From the human T2T-CHM13v2.0 reference genome, Homo sapiens, in assembly GCF_009914755.1 (NCBI RefSeq), contig NC_060926.1: a stretch of 64,000 bases of DNA, one strand, 5' to 3'. Shown in pieces: positions 52,581 through 64,000 of the stretch (positions are counted from its first letter, which is position 1; every line of letters begins with the position of its first letter). Position numbers and translations under genes: made by a program. A model generated the notes under the pieces. That model had not been told where the DNA came from. It saw only the letters and a program-made list of their open reading frames with translations, and ran no database searches.

Positions 52581-55500
52581 GCAGAGAGAGAGAGATCATC
52601 ATGGCAGATGGGAGGCAGGACTACATTGCAGCTCCAGACAGAACAGCTTACGGAAGCTCGCAGTGTGAATTTTAGCTCCAGATCGACTGCAAGAACAAAC
52701 CAGCAATCCTGAGAGGACCCACAGACCCTCTGAAGGAAGCAGACTGCTCCTGCAGGACCCAGGAAACGTCCCAAATACTGTGAGTGCCCCAGCTGCAGAG
52801 GTGGGAAAGGGAGACCCTCCATTCCCAAACACACACTCCCACTGGAGAAGATGAAGGTCTGTTTGTGGGAGAAGTTTCCGACCTTACCTGGAGCTGAGCC
52901 AATTTAGAGAGTCGAGTGAAATACAGGGGTAGAGGAAGCAGCAGAAAGGCCCTGGGAGCTTGCTGGGTCCCCTAGCTGGCTATTCCTGCCTGGCACCACA
53001 CGGTTCCATTCAGTGGGTGACCGACCAGAGGAGCAGGGGATACAACTCCACAGGGAGAAGGAAATCTCTAGCTGAACTCTGTAACAATTTGAATGGGGCA
53101 AGAAGCCTTCTGGCCATAACTCAGGGGAGTGAGCAAATCTGGCATGCAGACTCCACAGGCAGGGAAAGAACCAAGCCCTTTTCTCTGGCAGCTGGGAGGT
53201 GGAAAGCCTGGGGCAGGTTTTCAATCCCCTCATGCCCTCCACCTGGAAACAGACCGGGGCTGTTTGCGGGGAGCACAGTGGGAGTGAGACCACCCCTTTG
53301 TTTTGCATGGGAGCTGGGTGAGGCCTGTGACTGCCAGCTTTTCCCCATTTCCTAGACAACCTGCGTGACTCAGCAGACAGCCATAACCCTCCTAGGTACA
53401 CAACTCCAGTGACCTGGGAACATCACCCCCATCTGCCACAGCAGCCACAGCAAGACCCACCCAAGGACAAAGGAGAATCTGAGTTCAGACATGCCTAGCC
53501 CTGCCCTGACCTGATGGTCCTTCCCTATCTACCCTGGTAGCGGAAGACCAAGGGCATATAATCTTAGGAGTTCTAGGGCCCCATCCACCGTCAGTCCCTC
53601 TCTATACTACTAAAACTGATGCTTTCTGGAAAGCCCCACCTCCTGGCAGGAGGCCAACCAGCATAAAAATAGAGCATTAAACCACCAAAGCTAAGAACCC
53701 TCATGGAGTCCACTGCATGCCCCCTGCCACCTCCACCAGAACAGGCACTAGTATCCACAGCTGAGAGACCCATAGATGGTTCACATCACAGGACTCTGTG
53801 CAAACAACCCCCAGTACCAGCCCAGAGCTGGATAGACTCGCTGGGTGGCTAGACTCAGAAGACAGACAACAATCACTGCAGTTCGGCTCACAGGAAGCCA
53901 CATCCATAGGAAAAGGGGGAGAGTACTATAACAAGAGAACACCCCGTGGGACAAAAGAATCTGAACAGCAGCCTTCAGCCCTAGACCTTCCCTCTGACAG
54001 AGCCTACCCAAATGAGAAGGAAACCAACCCTGGTAATATGACAAAAACAGGCTCTTCAAATACATGGAAATTAAATAACCTGCTCCTGAATTAGCAATGG
54101 GTCAAAAACAAAATCAAGATAGAAATTTAAAAATTCTTTGAACTGAATGACGATAATGATATAACCTATCAAAACCTCTTTGATACAGCAAAGGTGATGC
54201 TAAGAGGAAAGTTCACAGCCCTAAGTACCTACATCAAAAAGACCTCACAAATTGACATTCTAAGGTCACACCTCAAGGAACTGGAGAAACAAGAACAAAC
54301 CAAACCCAAGCCCAGCAGAAGAAAGGAAATTACTAAGATCAGAGCAGAACTAAATGAAATAAAAACAAAAAATATATATTTACAAAAAGATAAATGAAAC
54401 AAAAAGCTGGTTCTTTGAAAAGATAAATAAAATTGATAGACCACTAACAAGATTAACCAAGAAAAGAAGAGAGAAAATCCAAATAACCTCACCAAGAAAG
54501 GCAACAGGAGATATTACAACTGACACCACTGAAATACAAAAGATCATTCATGGCTACTATGAACACCTTTACACACATAAACTAGAAAACCTAGAAGAGA
54601 TGGAAAAATACCTGGAAAAATATAACCCTCCTGGCTTAAATCAGGAAGAATTAAACACCCCATGCAGACCAATAACAAGCAGAGAGATTGAAATGGTAAT
54701 TTAAAAATTACCAACAAAAAAAAGGTCCAGGACCAGACAGATTCACAGCAGAATTCTACCAGACATTCAAAGAAGAATTGGTACCAATCCTTTTGACACT
54801 ATTCCATAAGATAAAGAAAGAAGGAACCCTCCCTCATTCATTTTATGAAGCCAGCATCACCCTAATAACAAAACCAGGAAAAAGCATAATCAAAAAAGAA
54901 AACTATAGTTCAATATCCTTGATGAACATTGAGGCTAAAATTATTAACAAAATACTTGCTAACTGAATTCAACAACATATCAAAAAGATAATCCACCATG
55001 ATCAAGTGGGTTTCATATCAGGGATACAGAGATGGTTTAACATACACAAGTCAGTAAATGTGATACACCACATAAACACAATTAAAAACAAAAATCACAT
55101 GATCATCTCAATAGATGCAGAAGAAACATTCAACAAAATATAGCATCCTTTTATGATTAAAACTCTCAGCAAAACTCAGCATACAAGGGACATACATTAA
55201 TGTAATAAAAGTCATCTAAGACAAACCCACAGCCAATATAATATTGAATGAGAAAAAGTTGAAAGCATTCCCTCTGAGAATGGGAACAAGACAAGGATGC
55301 CCACTCTCATCACTCCTCTACAATACAGTACTGGAAGCCCTAACCAGAGCAATCAGACAAGAAAAAGAAATAAAGGGCATCCAAATCGGCAAAGAGGAAG
55401 TCAAACTGTCACTGTTTGTTGATGATATGATCATTTACCTTGAAAACCCTAAGAAATTCTCCAGAAATCTCCTAGAACTGATAAAGCAATTCAGCAAATT

Positions 55501-57645
55501 TCCAATACAAGATTAATGTACACAACTCAGTAGCTCTTCTATACACCAGCAGCAAACAAGCAGAGAATCAAATCAAGAACTCAACCACTTTTACAATAGC
55601 TGCAAAAAACAAACAAACAAAAATACCTAGGAATATACCTAACCAAGGAGTCAAAAGACCTCTACAAGGAAAACTATAAAACACAGCTGAAAGAAATCAT
55701 AGACAACACAAACAAATGGAAACACATCCCATGCTCATAGATGCGTAGAATCAATACTGTGAAAATGACCATACTGCCAAAAGCAACCTACAAATTCAAG
55801 GCAATATCCATCAAAATACCACCATCATTCTTCACAGAATTAGAAAAAACAATTCTAAAATTCATATGGAACCAAAAAAGAGCCTGCATAGCCAAAGCAA
55901 GACTAAACAAAAAGAACAAATCTGGTGGCATCACACTACCTGATTTCAAACCATACTATAAGGCCATAGTCACCAAAACAGCATGGTACTGGTATAGAAA
56001 TAGGCATATAGACTAAGGAAAGAGAATAGAGAACCCAGAAATAAACCAAATAAACCAAAGCCAACTGATCTTCAATAAAGCAAACAAAAACATAAAGTGG
56101 GGAAAGAACACCCTTTTCAACAGATGGTGCTGGGATAATTGGCTAGCCACATGTAGAAGAATGAAACTGGATCCTCATCTCTTAACTTATACAAAAATCA
56201 ACTCCAGATGGATTAAGCACTTAAACCTAAGACCTGAAACTATAAAAATTCTAGCAGATAACATTGGAAAAACCTTTCTAAACATTGGTTTAGGCAAGGA
56301 TTTCATGACCAAGAACACAAAAGCAAATATGCAATAAAAACCAAGAAAAATATTTGGGACCTAATTAAACTAAAGAGCTTTTAAACAACAAAAGGAACAG
56401 TCAACAAAGTAAACAGATAACCCACAGAGTGGGAGAAAATCTTCACAATCTACACATCTGACCAAGGACTAATACCCAAAATCTACAACAAATTAAGACA
56501 AATCAGCAAGAAAAAACCAAACAGTCCCAACCAAAAGTGGGTGAAGGACATGAATAGACAATTCTCAAAAGAGGATATACAAATAGCCAACAAACATGAA
56601 AAAATGCCCAACATCGCTAATGATCTGGGAAATGCAAATCAAAACCACCTTATTCCTGCAAGAATGGCCATAATCAAAAAATAAAAAAAACAGTAGATGT
56701 TGGCATGAATGTGGTGAACAGGGAACACTTCTACACTGCTGGTGGGAATGTAAACTAGTACAGCCACTATGGAAAACAGTGTGGAGATTCCTTAAAGAAC
56801 TAAAAGTAGAACTACCATTTGATCCAGCAATCCCACTACCAGGTATCTACCCAGAGGAAAAGAAGTCATTACTCAAAAAAGATACTGGGACACTCATGTT
56901 TATAGTGGCACAATTCACAATAGCAAAATCGTGGAACCAACCCAAATGCTCATCAATCAACATATATGTATGTATAATATGTTATATATGTATATGTATG
57001 TTTATATCTATCTCACAGTTTCTTTATCTATACATATATATACACATATACATATATATACACATATACACGTGTATATATGCATATATACATATATACA
57101 TATATACAAACATACATATATGTGTATATATACATACAAACATACATATATGTGTATATATACAAACATACATATATGTGTATGTATACATACACATATA
57201 TATGTGTATATATAATATATACATATATTATACATACATATATACATATTATACATACATATATTATATATATGTATGTATAATGGAATACTATGCAGCC
57301 ATAAAAAGGATTGTATTAACAGCATTTGCAGTGACCCAGATGAAACTGCAGACTATTATTCTAAGTGAAGTAACTCAGGAATGAAAAACCAAACACTGTA
57401 TGTTCTCACTGATATGTGGGAGCTAAGCTATGAGGACGCAAAGGCATAAGAATGATACAATGGGCTTTGGGGACTTGGGGGAAAGCATGAGGCGGGATGA
57501 GGGATAAAAGACTACAAATGTGGTGCAATGTATACTGCTCAGGTGATGGGTGCACCAAAGTCTCACAAATCACCACAAAGAATTTATTCATGTAACCAAA
57601 TACCACCTACACCCCAATAACTTATGGGGAAAATAAATAAAATTT
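52581..57645 (+). mobile_element. L1PB (L1PB1-like) with 5'UTR and 3' end, ORF1 deleted, dead ORF2
   Basis: 5'UTR atcatggcagatgggaggcaggact; ORF2 pieces incl. RT motifs GTRQGCPLS and [13 protein letters not shown]; TSD aaaaatac(a/g)taa at 52569-52580 and 57650-57661. Confidence 0.92.
56961..57281. repeat. (TA/CATA)n compound microsatellite inside the L1PB
   Basis: ~320 bp TA/CA-rich repeats. Confidence 0.95.
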
Positions 57646-59011
57646 TTTTAAAAATACGTAATCATATATATATATAATGTATACATTAAGTCCCATTTTT
57701 AAGAGTAAAATATTAAAAGTATTCCCTTTGTGATTACAAATAAGACAAAAATATCCACTATCACTAATTTTATTCAACAATATACTGGAGATCCTAGACA
57801 ATACTGTAAAGAAATAAAAAGGATAAAGATTTGGAAAAAATAAAATAAAACTGTTGTTCAGATACATAATAGGAATTAGTTTACCAAGAATAATTGATAT
57901 AAAATTACATATAAAAGCTATTACATTTTTATATACCAGCAACAATTACCTAGAAGGTGAAATTTTTACACATCATTTACAAAGTATGGATTATCTAGGA
58001 ATAAATTTAATAAAATAACAAAAAAACCTCTATGGAAAAAATAATAATACTGCTTTTAAAGATTTGTAATGTAAATAAATAGAAAGTAGACTTTATGGGA
58101 TCAAAAGACTCCAGTAATAAAGATGTCCATTCTCCCTAAATTGATCTATATATTCAATAGAATAAATACCAAAATCTCAACAGTTTGTTGTGTGTGAATG
58201 GGGCAGGGAGGGTGAAGAGAGAGAGAGAGAAGTGAGAAAAAAATGTGCGTGTACATATATGTTTGTTTTGAAACTTGAAAGCTAATTCTAAAATTCATGT
58301 GAAACTATTAAAGTGTTGGCTAGTCTTGAACAAGATAAGCATGAAGAAGAAAACTTGGGGGAGGGGACCTTGTTCTACTAATTATTAAAAATTATTATAA
58401 AGCTACTATTATTAAAACAGCCTGGCAGAGGCTAAAAGGCAGAAACAGAGAAAATCAAACAATACAGAGAACCCAGAAACTCAACAATACTTACCAGGAC
58501 AACTGATACATGATTGAGTTAGCATTGTAGTTCAGTGGAAAAAGAACAAAATTTCAAAAGAAAATTGTGCTGTTAGGTATACTTTAGAGAAAGATTAAAA
58601 TTTACCTTTACCTACATATACATACAGGTAATCAATCCAGTTATTTAATCCTAAACACCTATATGTGAAAAGTAAAGATATAATATTTTAGGTAATATCT
58701 TCTTGGTATGTAAGAGTTTTTAAATAAGACAGAAAAAGTAAACTTTGTAATAAATAAAAGGAAAACTTAGACTATATGAAAATTAAGTTGTGCTCATCAA
58801 AAGACACCATAAAGATAGTGGGAAGATAACAATATTTGCAACTCATGTAATTAAAGAAGAATGGCAATCCAGATTATAGTATAATTCCTGCAAATTGCTA
58901 AAAAAAAAAAAAAAAAAAAAGAAGAAGATGAAGAAGGAAAAAAGAGGAGGAAAGAAGAAACAGAAGCAAGAAAAATGAACAAAAGACTTGAATTTTAAAA
59001 AGGAAATTTGA

Positions 59012-59334
<323 letters not shown>

Positions 59335-60714
59335 TAAAAAGGAAATTTGAATCGTCGATAAACATGAAAAGGTTCTTGACCTTACTAATCATCAAAGAAA
59401 TGCAAATTAAAAAAACAATTAGCAATTACTATACTGGCATGAGATTTGAAAAAATTATATTTTACAATACCAAGTGCTGGTGAGGATGTGGATGCAATGT
59501 CAAGTTCAAACACTGTTAGTGGAGGTATATATTTGCAAAACTCCTTTGGAAAAAATTTGGCCATGCCTAAAAAAGTTGAACCCATACATGCATTATGACC
59601 AAGCAATTCTAGATATATACACCAGAGAAACTCATGCCTCGGAAGGTTTGTACCAGTTGTTCGTAGGAACATTGCCTAAAATTGGACACATCCCAAATGT
59701 ACATCAACAGTAGAATGGAAAAAATAAAGTGTAGCATATTTAAAGTAGAATAACATACCACAGTAAAATTAAGTGCACATCAATAATACATGTCAATGAG
59801 TTTCACAAACAGAAATAAGGAAAAGAAGCAAGTGACAAAAGAATATTTACAGTGTCATTCCATTTGTATTAAGTTCAAAAAGAGAAGGAAATGCAATGCA
59901 ATTTACTGACAAGCATTAGTGGTAACAGTATAAAGTAAACAAGAGAAAGGATTACCACAGAAGAGTAGTATGTAGTTATGTTTGAAGGGAAGAGGGAATT
60001 ATGTCAGAAAGAAACATAAAGAAAATTTCTAAAAACTAGTAATGTTCCATTTTATAACCTGGGGGCAGGGATTATTTGCTTTAATATTATGTTATTTCAA
60101 TTGACATATTAGTCACCATTCTGAATGATTAATATTGGTTACAAGTTGTTTTTTTTAATCAAATATTCAGTAGTCCATAACTACTTATTGGTCGGAAAGG
60201 TAGGAAATCTAAAGACAGGAAGTTGTTAAATGAATTAAAATATATTCATATGGATAAGCTAGATACTATACAGTACACTATATAGTATATCTATATATCC
60301 ATATTCATGTTAATATACTATGCAGCAGTTTAAAATAATAAGGTATATTCATTTAAACTCATAAGGCAATATATCACAGATGTACACTAAGTGAAAATGA
60401 CAAGTTGTACAAATTTCATTTATACAAAAATGTTCAAATCTCAAAAAATATAAAACCATAGTATATTCCTATTTAAACACATATAAATTTGTAAATGTAT
60501 TGAATGAGTTCAGAAAAAAAGAAAAAAAACCCCACCAAACTGGTAATAGTAGTTACTTCTACAGAAAGGACTGATGTAGGGTAGAGGTGACATTGGATGG
60601 GGAAAGGTGAAGAAATCTAGAGGGAATTGCATTTAACCAGTATTATTTGCCTTTTTTTTTTTTAAATAAAGAATGTATTTGTGCATCAATTGTTTCCTTT
60701 GTTAAAAGTCTAGG

Positions 60715-63700
60715 ACTTTCACTTCTACCAAATGAAGAATTAACTGCTATGGGAAATGTCTCTGTAAACAACTGAAAATCAGACAAAATATATGAAATAG
60801 TATTCAGACATGTGTAGCAGATAGCATGGGACTATGATCTCTGAGAGAAAGGAAACAAATGAGATGAGCAGTAAAATTAACCCAGATCACTGCCTAGAGA
60901 GTTTCCAGGCCTCAGTACAGGAGGGAGAACTCAAACAGGAAGGGAATCCAGTTGACTTTTTCTCACTAAGTTTAGGAAGCAAAGATAGGGAGGCCAAGGT
61001 GTCTAGAATTTGCAGACAAGAGTAAGTAGGGCTGCACAGAGGGTTCCAGAGAACTGCAGAGGGATGCCCTCAAGTCTTTGAGAAATAATCTGTACATAAT
61101 ATGGGGTGAAACTTTGGAAAGCAATAGATCAAATAATTTTCATAGTTCACATATGGCTAGGAAGAGTTTATGTTCAAATTCCAAACCACCACAAAAGAGG
61201 GATCTCATGAGACACAGGAAACTGAATAGAGAGTCTTCAGAATTGGGGTGCTTTCATAGTGAAGCTAAATGATCAGTAGAATAAAGGCTGCGCTGCACAT
61301 GCCCTAATAAAATTTAAAAGCAAGCCTGGAAATGATAAGACTGATAGTAAGTAACATGACTATATGCAGAACAAATTCAACGTGCTTTAAAGAATACAAC
61401 AAAACCCAGCATGAATGAACATAAAGTTCATAATGACTAGAATCCTATTAAAAGTTATAAGCATGTAAAAACAAAAAAAGCAGAAAAATATGACCTATAA
61501 CTAGAGGAAAATTCAACCAGTCGAAACTGACCCAGAAACAACAGAAATAATTAAATTATTAGAGAAGACTTAAAAATACTATTAAAAATATGTTCCATAT
61601 ATTCAAGGATATTTTTCAAAACATAAATGTGATGAGAAAAAAAGTGGAAGATATAAAAAAGAACCATATGAACTTCTAGGGATATGTATTGATAAATACA
61701 CTGGATAAGATTAACAGCATATTAAACATTGCAAAAACAAAAAGTGAATTTGAAAGCGTTGCAATAAAAAATATTCTCTGTAAACCACAGAGAGAAAAAA
61801 AAGAATTTAAAAAATGAACAGAGCAAAAAAAAACTTCAGTGAATTTGGGGAATATCAGCCAGTCTAACATACATTTAATTGAAGTTTTGAAAGGAAAAAA
61901 GGACTAGGGATTGAGACAGAAAAAAAAAACATTTGAAGAAATGATGGCCAAAAAACTTTAAATTTGATGAAACCTGTAAATCCACAAATCCAAGAAGCTC
62001 AACAAAAACTTCAGGCAAAATAGACATAGAAAATCACACCAAGGCAAATTATCATAAAAGTGCCAAAAATGCCAAAAACAAGAAAATCTTAAAAACAGTC
62101 AAATAAGAAATGACACATTTAATACAAATAAACAAAAATAAGAATGTCAGCAGACTTCTCCAAAAATATGCATGACAGAAGACAATGGAGAGACATGTTT
62201 AAAATACTAAAAGAAAACACTGTCAATGTAGAGTTTTATACTCAGCATACTTATCTTTCAAAGCTGAAGACAAGATCAAGATGTTTTGGAAAAACAAATG
62301 CTTAAATAATTCTTTGTCAGCAAACATGCATTACAAAAATGTTAAAATTCCTCGGGCAGAAGGAAAATATCAGATGGAAATTTAGATCTTCACAAATGAA
62401 TGAAGAGCAATGGAAATGGCAAGTATAAAAGACTTTCATCTGATTTTTTAATGTCTTTAAAACATAGTTGACTATCTAAAACAGTAAGAAAATGGTATCG
62501 TGGAGTTTTAACATATATGGAGATAAGACTGAATGCTTTCTCCCTAAAATCAGGAACAAGGTCAGGATCTCCGCTCACACCACTTCTATTTAACATTGTG
62601 CTGATGTTCTACCAGTGCAATAAAGGAAGAAAAAAAATTAAAATCATAGAGAGTTAAAATAATGAAGTAAAACTGTCTCTATTTGCAGATGGCCCAACTG
62701 TCCATATGAAAAATCCCAAGGAATATAAAAATAGCTACCAGAACTAAAAAGTGAGGTTAGCAAGATCACAGGATACAAGATGAATATACAAAAATAAATT
62801 GCATTTATATATACTAGCAACAAATAATTGGACATTCACTTTTAAAATATAAATATACCATTTACAATCACGTCAAAAAATATGAAGAGTTAGAGATTTG
62901 TCTAAATATGTGTAATACCGACATACTAAAAACTACAAAATAAAGTATTGCTAAAAGAAATTAAAGAAGATCTGAATAAATAGACATGCTATGTTCATGA
63001 ATGAAAGACTCAAAATTATTAATGTACCAACCTTCCCATATTGATGTAAGGGTTTAATACAATCCCAATCAAAATCACAGCAGTCTTTTTGTAGAAACTG
63101 GTAAGCTGATTCTAAATTTTATAGGAAAATGAAATGACCCGAAATTGCTAAAATAAATTTGAAAAAGAAAAAGTTAGAAAGTGTTCACTACCTGATTCAA
63201 GACTTACTGTAAAGCTATAATAATTAAGTCAGTATAGTATTTATGAGGATAAACATATAGATCAGTGGAACAAAAGAGAGTCCAGAAATAGATCTACTCA
63301 AAGATGTCAAGGTTACTCAATGGGGAAAGATAGTTTTTTCCAACAAATAGTGCTGGAACAATTGGATATCCATTTGGAAAAATAACAAGCCTAGACACTA
63401 ACCTTTCACACAATACATAAAAATTAACTCAAGAAGCATCACAGGTCTAAATATAAGAGCTAAAACTATAAAACTTCAAAAAAAAACCCGTAAGAAAAAA
63501 TATTTGTGACCCTGGGTTAGGAAAATATTTCAAAAATAGGACACAGAGAATACAAAGAAAAACATGATAAATTAGACTTTGTCAAATTAAAAACTTTTGA
63601 TCTTTAAAAATGACCATTAATAAGAATACAAGCCACAAAATGGGTGGGAGAAAATATCTGCAAAATTTGTATCTGATGAAAGACTTGAATCCAGAACATG

Positions 63701-64000
63701 TTAAAAAACACAATTCAATAATAAGACAACTTGATTTTTTAGATGAGTAAAAGATTTGAACAAAGAAAATATGAATGGCAAACAAGCACATAAAAAGATG
63801 TCCAACGTCATTAATCATTAGAGAAATACAAATTAAAACCACAATGAAATACCACTATACTCTCTCTGAAACAGCTAGAATTAAAAAGACTGACAATACC
63901 TAGGATTGATGAGAATATGGAGCAACTGAAACTCATACATTGCTGGTGGGAATATAAAATTATACAGCCATTTTGGAAACCATTTTGGCATACGCTTATC
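60715..64000 (+). mobile_element. Old L1M (L1MC/ME-like): 5'UTR, ORF1 remnant, then 3' half of ORF2; runs off the window
   Basis: ORF1-like atccaagaagctcaac, atgtcagcagacttctc; abrupt jump near 62520 to aatgctttctccctaaaatcaggaacaagg; tctctatttgcagatg (FADD region). Confidence 0.8.

Noticed and set aside
52553-54094. GC-richer region with many ORFs as a possible gene promoter or exon
   Set aside because: L1PB 5'UTR; CpG-depleted
56931-57325. Tyr/Ile/His-rich ORFs
   Set aside because: Translation of the TA/CATA microsatellite
54194-57384. Reverse transcriptase/endonuclease-like ORFs as a novel RT system
   Set aside because: Ordinary fragmented L1 ORF2 with stops, frameshifts and FADD changed to FVDD
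60248-60304. Imperfect AT-rich hairpin
   Set aside because: Low-complexity insert within old L1 3' sequence; no RNA-gene features

Overview
This is primate (human-like, AluY-bearing) non-coding genomic DNA, either intronic or intergenic. I found no credible protein-coding exon, RNA gene, CpG island or CRISPR array. The ORF track mostly reflects Alu, L1 and simple-repeat reading frames or short chance ORFs. Much of the window is transposon fossil: about 14 Alu copies, L1PB/L1MA/L1ME LINEs, HAL1, L2, MIR, THE1/MLT1/MLT2A/LTR33/LTR41-type LTRs, and MER3/5/46C/53/94, Charlie and Ricksha (MuDR) DNA transposons. L1 is nearly continuous from about 52 kb to the end. Between the repeats lie TE-free, AT-rich blocks dense in homeodomain/TALE/TCF motifs and unexpectedly retaining CpGs (notably 36.3-38.6 kb and 47.6-48.0 kb), which resemble conserved developmental enhancers. 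I found no new biological system. The best oddities are a ~70-bp microinversion inside an L1PB, ORF1-deleted L1s, a Ricksha transposase zinc-finger relic, DUX4-type motifs in two LTRs, an unexplained ancient ~107-bp direct repeat and a candidate non-coding exon. Repeat family names come from recalled consensus sequences, and boundaries of old elements are approximate. The locus could not be identified.
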